Shown here: one piece after another, positions 13,214-26,270 of the stretch
Layout: every line of letters starts with the position of its first letter
How positions within the stretch are numbered: the first letter of the stretch is position 1
DNA from: Eledone cirrhosa
Lineage: Eukaryota
Length of the DNA stretch: 64,000 nucleotides
NCBI GenBank assembly: GCA_964016885.1
Contig: OZ024749.1
Coordinates: forward strand, 48,484,001-48,548,000
Direction of reading: 5' to 3'
Translations under genes and position numbers: made by a program
The notes under the pieces: model-generated
What the model was told of the DNA's origin: nothing
The model's database searches: none
What the model saw: only the letters and a program-made list of their open reading frames with translations

Positions 13214-14617
13214 GGAGAAGTGTAAATAAGTACTCAATACCGAAGAATAATTTAAATATCCATTTATTATGCAGAAGTGATGAGCGTTGTTACTCTGGAA
13301 TTTCACCTGCACTCTCAAAGGAAGAGTAGTAACATGTGTCATCACGTAGCCTTAATGAATGAATATATGTATACATATGTGTGTGTGTATGTGTCTGTAT
13401 GATTGCTATCAGAAGGAAAAACAATTCATCTAGATCTTATCATAGTAACATCAGACATTTAGTCTATCGTTGGTGTCTAGCTCAAAATTTCAAATCAAAT
13501 ATCACAATGGTGCAGGTAAAAAAAATATATCATGACATTGTACATTGTAGAGTTATTTGCAATACATCTGTTGTAATATTCTAGTACTTGAGACTATAAT
13601 CATAGATAGTGTGAACATTAAGCTAGGCTTCGGATTAAAACTACTTTATACATATTTTGACCTAATTCCATTTATTTATTTAAAGTCTATAGCCGCTCCT
13701 GTTATCATATAACAAATTTAAATATTATAATATCAAATATATTATACACATTATCTCCCTTTCAAACAGTTCTTGTTTTATTTTTGTGAGTTCAAATATC
13801 TATACAGATGACAGCAAATGTTACTAAAGTGGACTTTATGAGGTTATTATATTTCCCTTGTTTATGATGGTATACTCTTTAAGTGGCACCATTTTTTTAA
13901 CCGGACAGTAAACTAGATTGTTTTCTCTATTATTTTATATATTCTTGTTTGAATTCCTCTACTGGCTGGTCGATGAATTGCGTACTAATAAGGTAAAATG
14001 GTCGATTCAAACAACTATAAATCTCACATGGTAAAAATCTGGCGCAATGCCGACTGAAAAGATAGCATTATTACTATATTTTTTTGAGATTTAAAAGAAA
14101 TGTTTGATCAAGTTAACGAGAAGAGCACTAAAAATAATCAATAAAGTATACACAGGGCTTTAGAAAAAAATTAAAACTCAGACATTTTGATAAAAATTCA
14201 TTTTGACGGAGAGCGGGGTGAAGGCATATAAATTATTTGCTAATGGTCTTAATAAATTATGTGACTTTACAACTATGTTTTTTTTTTCTTTTCAGTTGTA
14301 AAGCTCTCTTTATAAATATTCTTGTCAAAAGCGCAGCAGAAAATTATATATTTCAAGAGAGTGTCTAGATCAAAATGTATCCTGATCACTTCAGATGAAA
14401 TAACATATAAACATCAACATTTAAACACATCTGACGATGACATGAGATTAATAAAGATTACTATAAACCTACTTCTCGTTCCAGTTTCCAATTTTTTTTA
14501 AATACTTTTATGCTTTCATATATACATATATATATATATGTATGTTTGAATGTATATCTCCAAACCTCCTTTTCTCTTTCTCTTTCACAATGCATAAATA
14601 TATAAATGAATAAATAA

Positions 14618-14685
<68 letters not shown>

Positions 14686-14706
14686 TTTTATATATATATA
14701 TATATA

Positions 14707-14767
<61 letters not shown>

Positions 14768-14826
14768 ATATATAAATATATTAAAAAAATTGTGTGTGTC
14801 TGTGTATGTGTGCGTGTATAAACATG

Positions 14827-14880
<54 letters not shown>

Positions 14881-15034
14881 TTATTTATTTGTTTGTTTGT
14901 ATATATATATGCGTGTGTATATGAGTGTCCATGTGTTGGTGTGAATGTGTATGTATGTGAATGGGTGTCTGTGTTTCTTTGAGTCTGTCAGCATTTTCAT
15001 TGAATTGTTTTATATTTACTAGTCTGAAAGCTAC

Positions 15035-15175
15035 ATTAGAGTTACGTCCCTTTATGATATGAGTTCAAATCCCGCCGATGTTAACTTTGCCTTTCACCCT
15101 TACGGGGTCGACAAAATAAAGTACCAGTAATGCACTGTAATAATTGCTGGCCTTGTGCCAAAAGTAGAAACAATT
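15035..15175 (+). mobile_element. SINE, 5'-truncated
   Basis: GAGTTCAAATCCCGCC...GGGGTCGACAAAATAAAGTACCAG...GGCCTTGTGCCAAAAGTAGAAAC. Confidence 0.85.
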
Positions 15176-15656
15176 AACTATTTATTTGCATGTCAAATTA
15201 CTAAAATTCTTTCTTATGAATTTAAACATTATTGATTGGAAATGATTATATTTAGATATTTTAGATATTTACCACACTTTATGCTCTTTTTCCAAATATC
15301 GTTCACCTTCCCTTGTGTTTGTGTGTGTTCATATGAACACACACAAACACAAGATGGCGTAGGACAGAACAAAGGAGAGGCACAAAAACAAAGAAAATAA
15401 TCCCCAGTCACTGAAGAGGTCACATAATGTGTGACGAAAGAAGTTTGACAATATATGAACAACCGTCCGGTTGTGGAACCAACCAACCAACAGGAAATTC
15501 ATAAATTCTTAAATTCATAAATTTAATTTATGATAAATTGGAGTGAAAGCATCTTGTGCGTGTGTTTTTTTATTGGCAACATGGCCCTCCCAAATCATAA
15601 CAATTCATATAAATATATATATATATATACATATTTATGTGTGTGTGTGTGTGTGG

Positions 15657-15721
<65 letters not shown>

Positions 15722-16587
15722 TAGATATCGATATGTATATTTGTATGTACATGAGTGTGTCTCTGTGTGTGTATGTGTGTATATATCCTCTGACGAATAG
15801 GGAGAAATTAATGGGTGAAGTGAGCCAGGCATTCCCAAGTAATAATCGAATGAGTGAGATCCAAGAGAGAGAGTTGTGACTTTTAACGATATGTGCATAT
15901 GTGTATACACAACTAAATCTCCAATTCTCAATCTCATTCTCGAACGAATGGTAATTGCTAATGTAGGAAGATATAGTTATTAGAAAAATCCCTTCTCTGT
16001 GCACTAAATGAATGTAGTAATAATCATAGGTTTATTAATGATAAAAATATATTAATAATGCTGTTAATATTAATAACAAGGGAACCAGCAGTAACAAAAT
16101 CAAACCAATAATTATGACGATGATAATTAAGAGAAGACGATGGCATAGAAGTAGAAACGAAGATTAATAATATTATTAATAATAATAATAACATCAAGAA
16201 CGACAACAGCAATAACAAAACGACTACAGTGATATTTTTCATTCTACAAAGTGCGGATGTTTAAGAAATGTCAAAGGAAGAAGTATTGAGATTACTTCAA
16301 TTCATAGAAAATACTCTAAGGATGTGTGCTTTTGTCATTGGCCATTATTGAACAACTTTGGAAGCAATAAATGCGATACTATAGTCCATGCTCACTAAAG
16401 GAGAAAAATTGTTTGGTCATATTTATCGAATGCTGATCGATTAGGATTTTGCCGCAGAGCAATAATTATTAGCTGTTGAGTTATATTGAAGGGAAAAGAC
16501 AATTATGGAAGTTATATCTGCGAGCGTGAGAAGGGTGGTTGTTAATTGTGTTGTGTATAGGATGTGTATAATGTACGTGTATAATGG

Positions 16588-16619
<32 letters not shown>

Positions 16620-16670
16620 ATATACATTTTTATACACACACACACAAGGGCACACACACACACACACACG

Positions 16671-16731
<61 letters not shown>

Positions 16732-16735
<4 letters not shown>

Positions 16736-16935
16736 ACGAGTAGGACCCCGACGAGTGAGCTCAAGCCGTTTCGACGGCTAATTCTGGACGTAATACGCGT
16801 CCAGAATTAGCCGTCGAAACGGCTTGAGCTCAGCCGTCGGGGTCCTACTCTTTCCTATTACCCACTCTACTACCCTAAGTATTGAGTACTTTGGTGTGTT
16901 ATGGTCCACCTGGTTGCGTACCACATTCCCTTCGT
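16732..16935 (+). mobile_element. Fold-back element (family C) carrying the 3' half of a hammerhead, flanked by (TA)n
   Basis: Arms 16738-16790 and 16798-16850 are near-perfect inverted repeats. The right arm has GAAAC-GGCT-TGAGCTC-AGCC-GTC-GGGGTCC (6-bp stem III, GUC site). The tail contains GTATTGAGTACT. No CUGANGA. Confidence 0.7.
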
Positions 16936-16966
<31 letters not shown>

Positions 16967-16982
16967 ACACACACACACACAT

Positions 16983-17038
<56 letters not shown>

Positions 17039-17088
17039 TAAAACATGTCTATAAATCACCCGTTGCAAAACACGTATATGTATGTATG

Positions 17089-17173
<85 letters not shown>

Positions 17174-18263
17174 ATATGCATTCACGCACACACATATAAA
17201 TTAATGTAGACACGTGCGTATATGTAGGCGTACTTTAATGCAAACTAAGTATATATCATTTGGGAAACAAAACAAGGTAAACGCTAAAATAAACTACAAT
17301 TACAACCGTCAACCCTAATAAAAACTATTCTCATCGTTGTTCTACATGATACGAATATCCAATTTAGGTCTTAGATTTCCTACTGTCAGTATTGTAAATA
17401 TATTTTAGTCTCCATCAGAGGAACATTTAAAATATCAGTGGGGACTTGTCCGTCAGTTCTCGTATAATTATATATCACCTTCATTATAGACGCGACAGCT
17501 CACTTAGGTTTTATTAATGAATATTTACCAACTTACATGTTCGATGTTTTAGTATGGATTTAAAAGGAAATGACTGATTAGATGGTGTCTACATTTGGCC
17601 TAAGAGGGCTGACATCTGTTGAAGAAATGGTCGGGACAAGATCGATGCATTTTCCTTCTACATTAACTGGCTATTCAATAGATATTTGTTAGCCACACAT
17701 GTTATTAAATTATACTAGGGTTCCTTCCAACTTACCCAGACGTTCATGGCAAACTTCCCCCATTTAAATGTTTCAGACTAATTAAATGTTTTCCCCTGCC
17801 ATTAGAAATGTATTTACGGATACAATCCGACAAGTAATCATAAATAAAATAGAGAATTGAAAAGTTAGTGTTACTTAACACACTAACGAAACGCGCGTGA
17901 TATGAATTATTTTCTGTGTGTATGTATTTGTATACATATATACATATATTTAAGGCAAAAGGCAATTATAAAAGTTATATATATTTATATATATACATAT
18001 ATATAGATATATGCATTCACACACATTTATTCATATCAATTTTTCTACCGATAATTTTGATATCGATTTTTTTTTTCTCAACATGGGTCGATTTGAAAAA
18101 TGTTTGTGATGTGACAACTTTAGCGAACTGTGCAACGTACACAGAAACTTTGGTCAAATTCAGTTGGTAATTATGAAAGCCTTATGCATGCACATTTGTA
18201 CACAGACACACACACATCCTCACTTTTATATATATAAAGATATACATATATATGTATATTCAT

Positions 18264-18317
<54 letters not shown>

Positions 18318-18318
<1 letters not shown>

Positions 18319-18535
18319 GTGGTGGAAAACTGGAAGGTGATATCCGTAGTGGTAGAGCACTCAGTTCAAGGGACGAGTTAGGTAGAAGTAGTTACTCAAC
18401 AGTTAGTTCACCATACCGAGAACAATTGTTTCACCTTAGCGGATCTTCAGCTAGGGATGAGTCCGACCTGAAGATCCGCTAAGGTGAAACAATTGTTCTC
18501 GGTATGGTGAACTACCTGTTGTGTAACCACTTCTA
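18318..18535 (-). mobile_element. Fold-back element (family D) with a hammerhead-like core on both arms, flanked by (TA)n
   Basis: 68-bp arms 18383-18450 and 18468-18535 (3 mismatches). Each reads CTGAAGA-TCCGCTAAGGT-GAAAC-AATT-GTT-CTCGG, with stem I 4/5 paired (CCGAC on plus, CCTAG on minus). The tail motif ACTGAGTGCT is on the minus strand. Confidence 0.75.
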
Positions 18536-19384
18536 TATATATATATAAACACATATGCGTATATACTCCCCAATCTCTTTCTCTCTATATCTCTTTTTTC
18601 CCGCAATCTCTTCCCAATCCTTTGTATATATGGATGTATGTATACGAGTGTCTTTGTGTTTGTCAGTGTCGTTGTTATATATGAAGGATTTTCTATAGTT
18701 GTTCAAATCTTTAAATGGTTATAATCTGTTCATTTAAAAGTGTATCGTGACGCGTTCTCATTCATTCACATTCGTAACGTTTCATTGTTGCCTCTGTAGA
18801 ATCAACAGCGTCAAAACATCCAATTTCGCTTCTGAGGCCATCATGTCTATACACAAATGGAATTAACATGTCTAGTTCTTGACCAGTTAACCGGATAAAT
18901 TTTCCTCTAGCACAATACATGTTTATATGTTGCTTACTCGTCTGTATATACTAGTTTATTGATCTGTTTACAGTACAAGAATACCATTATTCGGTCCAGT
19001 CTAAGATTTCTACGCTCACTCACTTACGTACACTATGTATCTGTCATTAAGCACACACTTGTGTATGTCTGGTTACTTTTTAAATCCATATACTTAATTT
19101 GTCTATGAAAATATCATTTAATCGCGCATATATATATATATATATATATAGAATACGTATATACACCCATATATACATAGGTTTATTTAAATTAAAATAT
19201 GGGTGTGTATATATGTGAGTGCATTCTATTTTCCGAATATTTTAAGAAATGATTAGCTGCTTATTTTTACAACGCAAGCATTTTAAAGTCTATGGTATGT
19301 TTTGGTGCTATTCAATATTTAGCCATTTGCGAATATATATCTACATTCTAGGTACCCTTATTTCAGTAAAGGCCTGGTAATATG

Positions 19385-19700
19385 TGCCTTTTATAGTTAG
19401 GGTGTAGGCTAGATCACCTACCAGTAACACATAGAGATCGATTTAATTGACATCGTCCTTGCTTTAGAATCGATGGCCTTGTGCCAAATATAGTAAAAAA
19501 TATTTCTGTAAATATTGATTTCTAATTAAGGCACACGTCCAGCAAATATAGTGGGAAGAGCAAAGTTGATTAAAAAATCAATATTACACGACTGGAACCT
19601 TATTCTAACGACCCAACTACAAAGAATGGCATGTTACCTTCGTCAGAATGTGAACAATTTTATAAATGTATATTTTTCCCATCCGAGGCTCTAGCCATTT
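19385..19700. mobile_element. Two old SINE fragments in tail-to-tail orientation
   Basis: A plus fragment ends TACCAGTAAC...GGCCTTGTGCCAAA (~19490). A minus fragment starts TCTAATTAAGGCACACGTCCAGC (~19521)...CTGGAACCTTATTCTAACGACCC. Confidence 0.5.
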
Positions 19701-20299
19701 TGCCTATCTAACTTATTCGTTATTTCTGTACACAATGAATTACATAATGCAGACACATATTTATCTTACAATCTAATGGTGTCTGCTCCATACCACGTCA
19801 TTTTTTAACGGAGATTTACAATTTAAATTGTTTTGAATCTTTTTCGATCGGCTGATTTGCTCTTTTTTGGGGCATTATAAGCATTAAAGATTGTCCATAC
19901 TAGCCGAGCTCATCTGTTACAAAGTATTTCATATGTACATCAATACATTTTGTAGTGACTCTAAACATTTGTAGACAATAATATATGCATACCAAGACAA
20001 ACATTATCAAGTTCGATTCAGCCACGGAACCACGCCAGGTGCAGACGGCTGGAGAAAACTGTAACTAAACGTACACCTATGTATCATGATGCATATATAT
20101 TAATGTCTATATTTTATGGCATAGCTATTTTATTTTGTTCTTTTGTCTATGTTATTTGCGTTTATAATATTTCTTTTTTTATACAGTGTATAGGCCAAAA
20201 TCTATAACCTTTCAGTTTAATGTCACTGCACATCACACGATTGTCTGCATCTATGTAGGACATTTCTAGTTTTTGATCGAAGCTTTGAAATCATTAACA

Positions 20300-20435
<136 letters not shown>

Positions 20436-21794
20436 TGTTATATATATATATATTTGTGTGTGTGCGTGTGTGTGTATCTATATACACATTGTTCCCATGT
20501 TTTGCATACACGGCTATACACACACACACAAATGTATATATATAGAGAGAGATAGGTGGATATACATATGCAATTTATGGCATTATTTTACTTTGACCCA
20601 TTTCTGTTCGTTTGGATCTCCATTTGAAGCAAAAAATATCGAGCCACAAATTACACTTGAGAAAGCTGAATCAAACAGAATCTTGTTTTTGTTTCTTTTG
20701 AAGACGTAAGCAGTTCTGTTAAAGAGAATTTGGCAACATAACAATCAGGTATTGATAGGTCAGAGATTCTAGGCATGTGATAATAGATGTAAAATAAAGC
20801 ATGAAATATGCTCTTTTTTTATAATTTTTTTGTTGACGCGTTTAGAAATAATCTTTATTTTACAATGGAATCTTGTTTTGTGAGGAAATTGGAATTGTTG
20901 GAACTTCTAGATGGAAGAATGTGATGATAGAGTACAAAGCAAAGTAAAAACTAACAAGCAGATGCGTGCTTAAAACTCGAATATATCATACACACATCTT
21001 TGTTGGCATTATCGGTCTTTATTCTTATATTGTTCTTTCGATCTGAAACTTAAGTAAACGTTTCTTCAGAATTGATTCGCTTTAGATTAGTGAGAAACCA
21101 TCCTTTTTTATCTAGATGATACGAATTTGAGTATATAGCCATGCAAATACATATATAAATATATACATAAATCCATACATAAATACGTCTATACACGAGT
21201 ACATACATGCACAGAAAGGAAGAGTTCAGTATGAATAAATAAGCCTAGATATATCGGAAAAAAAACATATATTTGTTCTGCATATTCCCTTTCTAATTCT
21301 GTTCAACTTGTGTGTGAGAAAGAGGGAAAGAGAGAAATAAAGATTCATCATAAAGAAAGAAACGAGAGAAACAAAATGTGGCATGGGATGAAATTGTGTA
21401 TCAGATAGGCTGTAGTTTAAATATATTTGTAGAACATGAAATATAGGTATATGATTTATCATGAATATACTCTTAATGAACATTTAAACTCTTTCAATCT
21501 CAAAGAATATGCACCCATATCGACATTCAATGACACACTAATGCCTTAAAATATGGCAACGAAATATTCATGTGGCAGTGGATATATGGATTTTTCTATA
21601 TATTCTAAACTTGAAATAAATTTGGTATGGTAACAATTCGATCGTCTTCGACGTTAGCTCTTTATGCTCGAGCAATATTTCGTAATAACGGTGATTTATA
21701 CTATAGACATAGGATCCAGCATTTTGAGACAACTTATTAGCTGTTGAGCAAAAGGGGTAAACCATCTGATAGATATAAATAGTACAAAACAATC

Positions 21795-21968
21795 AAATCG
21801 TATAGTTACATCTCTTTACGTTCATAGTTCAAATCACACAACGAGTTTAGCTTTGCTTTTCATCCTTACTGCCTCGATAAAATAAAGTACCAGTAATACA
21901 CTGGTTTAATCGAATTTCCCCTACCCCAAATTTATTGGATGTATGCCTGAATGAGAAGTCATTATCAA
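21795..21968 (+). mobile_element. SINE, degenerate
   Basis: AGTTCAAATC...GCTTTTCATCCTTACTGCCTCGATAAAATAAAGTACCAGTAATACACTGG. Confidence 0.75.
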
Positions 21969-23273
21969 TAACTATATATCTAGACATGGTTGCAAGTATA
22001 AATATGTCGTTCTCTCTTTATGTCTCACCTCCTTTTTGCCTTCCAAATCTCTCTGTCCCTATATGAGTCTCTCTCCATCTCTATCAGTCTCTCTCCATCT
22101 CTATCAGTCTCTCTCCCTCTCAACTTCTAATTTTATTTCAGTATTCGACTTTCAGCAGGTAACGTTCTAGTTGCGTATTTAAACTGAGCTTGAACGTTAC
22201 CTGCAATTCCAACAATGTCCCTTGTGATGTTTCTGTAGGGTGTTATTTAGAAACTCCTGTGGCAAACTTACCAACAAAGGCACAGTGGACCTGTGAATGA
22301 TCCGTTGAAAACCAATAACTAACAGCACTAATGTTGAAAAATAGATAAATACATACATACAGATATATACATATATATATATGTGTGTGTGTATGTGTGT
22401 GTGTGCGTGTATGTGTCCGTGTGTGTGGATGTGTATGTGTGTGTGTGTGTGAGTGCGTGTGTGTGTGTGGGGGGGGGGGGGGTGAATGTATGCATATATA
22501 TAATGTCTTGAAATGTAAGAGTTGAACTTCATCGTTGATATGTCCAGCTAATTACTAAAATGCATTAATAACTGCAATTAAATTGATTCCAAACCCGCCA
22601 CCATCGTATCGCGCTGGGATATGGGTAATTACATTCATCTAATTTTTGTTTTATTAACTTTATTTTAAAGTATATTTAAGTTTGCTGAAACACCTAGTCC
22701 AAGACACAGAGAGAATTTCTAACGTCAAAGTCATTTATTTATCTGGCGTACGTTCGCCAGAGCTTTCAAATATATTAGTAGTTGGCTGACTGCCTATCAT
22801 AAAAGTAAGTAATGGAGATTTATTTCTGGTTTAATCCCAAAGTTTAAAAGCTAGACTTAATAGCAAAGCATAAGAGTAAATGCAACTTGAAAGCAGATCG
22901 ATATATGTATTCCCTGAAAATTATTAAAATTCTGCATGTTCTCATTTAACGTGTTACTAGACATATTCTCAAAGGAAACGCAAGATTTCACTGAAGCAGC
23001 ACTAAATCAAACGTGTGATCTGTAGATTAGTGACTTACAGAACATGTACATTCATCTCCTGAGTACACTGGCATCGCATTTCCATTGTCTTAATTCTACT
23101 TGCTATATTATCTTCTATTTCATGATTTATTTTCTAACATAGATACAATCGATGTTACGTCCAGGGATATTATAGAATATTTCTCTGTATGGAATATATC
23201 AGTAAAAACTTTTATGGAATTTCCGGACTAACTTTAAATGCCAAAATGTCTCATTATAATACATTTGATACCA

Positions 23274-23319
<46 letters not shown>

Positions 23320-23418
23320 TTATTTTAATAAATATTTGCCCTACGGTTTTTATATATTTGATTTATATTTATCCTTATCGAGACCTCTTTAGATTTTAGT
23401 CTTCAAATTTATTATTAT

Positions 23419-23466
<48 letters not shown>

Positions 23467-25838
23467 ATAATAAAAAATGTGAAGACTAAAATCCGAAGAG
23501 GGCTCGATAAAGATTGTGATAAATATAAATATATTTATATGTATATATATGCATGTGTGTGTGTATGTGTGTGGTTTTGCGTGTGTGTGTGCGCGCGTGT
23601 GTGTATGTGTGTCTGTGTGTGTGTGCGTGTGTGTCCGGCTGTTTGAATACAATTTCTTTAGACACTTCCATTTACGTTCAGATTTTCATTCAAATAAACT
23701 TCGATTAAAACTTTTGAATTTAGAATTAGTTTCGATAACATTACAGGATTATATTGTAAATTATGTTGTTCTATTATTTATGATGGTATAATTTGGCAAA
23801 TAGGCCTGATCATTTGAATATCAATTAATAGAGTGTTAATGAAGAGCAGATATGATCATACATGATGTGTTAACATTGAAGAGATAAGCCGATTACTATT
23901 AAGTTATTCAAGAAATTAAAGACCAAAATACTGTTTATTGCTCTCTATTTCACTCCAGGGGAATTACATTGAGAGCAACATAATGTCTGCTTCTGAATCA
24001 GAAATTATTGCTCGTTAGTTTCTAACATCTGTAAAGCCTTCGATTGCGTGTAATATCATGAGAAACTCCAGCGTTAAGTTAACTGTCTACAGTGTAATTT
24101 CCATCTACTTTGCAGCACATGGACTAGAAGATGCCCGTTAGATTTCGCCTGCTCTGGTCTATCAACATGACGGCCCGTTCTTTGGATATATTAACGGAAT
24201 ATTTGTTGTGGCTATTATCGGCGCACATAAAAACACACTCTTCCGCTATCTATATTTGTATATATTTCTCTTCCCTCCTGTCTCAGTGTTTGCCGCTACC
24301 GCTATAAGGGCCAGCTCTGACAAATTGTCTGATAGAGAAATAACGTATTTCTCCTAATAAGTCTATTTGAACAGTTAATTTGCATCTAAGAATAAACAAA
24401 ATTTAACCCCAGACAATGCCGCTTATTTACTTATGATAAACTGTATTTCGACATTTAGCCTAGATCCTCACATCTGAGTACAAAATGATGTTTCCAAAAT
24501 AAATATTTCAGATTCGCCAACACATAACACGATCTGAAATAAATCTTAGTCTTTCTGTTTTAAAGTAGCTTCCACTTCTTCTTTCACAAAGTAGTGAATG
24601 AAAATCTTACCAGGCTTGGTTGAGTAGTCGTGTGACAAAAGCTATTTAATTAAAAACCAGTCTTTGTTTATATATTTTAATGCCACATTACAGTTGATTG
24701 TTCTGTATTTACACTAGAGAGATGAAAACAAGATGTCGTTCTCGGCAAACACGTTTTATGTTCGCATGTGAAACTGTTGATATTTTTATAAGTGCATATA
24801 TTCCGGCATCTAATTTGTAACAAATATGAAATAGAATGGGGCCCCTTCGGTTTTGACGATACATACATGAGTTGTTCGATAAACTGGACTGCCTGTTTGG
24901 GAAATTCCATGGCAAGTGTTTAACGTCTCAGGTACACGTGTACAACTGGTGGTATAGTCATGGGTGATATAAAATGTCGCCTTCAGTGAAAAAGGTGGCC
25001 CTGTGAGAAGAAACAGAGTCATTTCAACGGATCTCCAGGCAGTTTCCGTTTACATAATTCAACACGCCGTATTATGGTTAAACCCGTGTTATATTGTATG
25101 ACAATTTCCATGCAGTGGGATCTTACACGGAATGATATGATTGTGATATATTCTGTTTAATAATTCAACTATGGTTGCCGACATAAAATTGTATTATTAA
25201 AGAAAAGATAACAACAAAAGAATAGTGAATTGATCAGTAGACAATTCGTCCATGTTTGTGACGCCATTTCCAGAATGAAGCCTTTTAATATCTGTGTTAT
25301 TTATTACGTTAAATTTACATTTGACAAACATCTCCGACATGGAACGTCTTTGGTAATAGAAAACATATGTAGCTCATTTATAAAAAGTACATTCTGTGTG
25401 TAAACAAACACAGACAGACAGTCTGTTTTCGTCAATATTTTCAACTTTAATTTAAATTCTAATTTTTCTGTTTTCATTTAGTTCGACCAGAAATACGATA
25501 CTCGTGTTTTGAATTTGTTAACATCGTATGAATATTCATCAAGGTTCTAATCGTTACATTTAATTACAGTAGCACATAGGGTCCATAGCGTCGGCATCAT
25601 AGAGTTATGCATCTTCGTGTTTTGCTTGTTGTCTATTTATTTTTCCATACGAATCCCTCCGGGGCTGTCGTTACTTAAAATCGTTTTCGAAAAGGTCAAT
25701 AAATTACTCCTGACAATAATAGACTAATTTTCACTGTAAGCAACGAAATAGCATACATCATAATATAACACAATTAACAAACATCCGTTCTTGTTTTGAA
25801 CCAGATTAGTTCTGCGTATGCACGCGTTTATGTATGTA

Positions 25839-25939
<101 letters not shown>

Positions 25940-26080
25940 GTGTGTGTGTGTGTGTGTGTGTAAGTAAGTATCTTTTGAAACAGCGAGCGAGTTTGAAATT
26001 AGAAATACTAGTTTTCGCTGTACTTTCAACTAAAGAAATGTTAGCCTGATATTTGCTAAATTTTCTTTAGTCAGTTATAA

Positions 26081-26270
26081 GGCGGTGGATTGGCAGTATC
26101 GGTAGAGGGTCGGATGCCATGCTTTGAAGCATAGAGTTACCTCCATGTATGATATGAGTTCAAATCCCGCCGAGGTTAACTTTGTCTTTCATCCTTCCGG
26201 GGTCGATAAAATAAAGTACCAGTAATGCACTGTGTAATTTCTGGCCTTCTGCCAATTGTAGAAACAATTA
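26081..26270 (+). mobile_element. SINE, full length, with a candidate 10-bp target-site duplication
   Basis: Full motif set. TTATAAGGCG occurs at 26075-26084 and 26268-26277. Confidence 0.9.
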
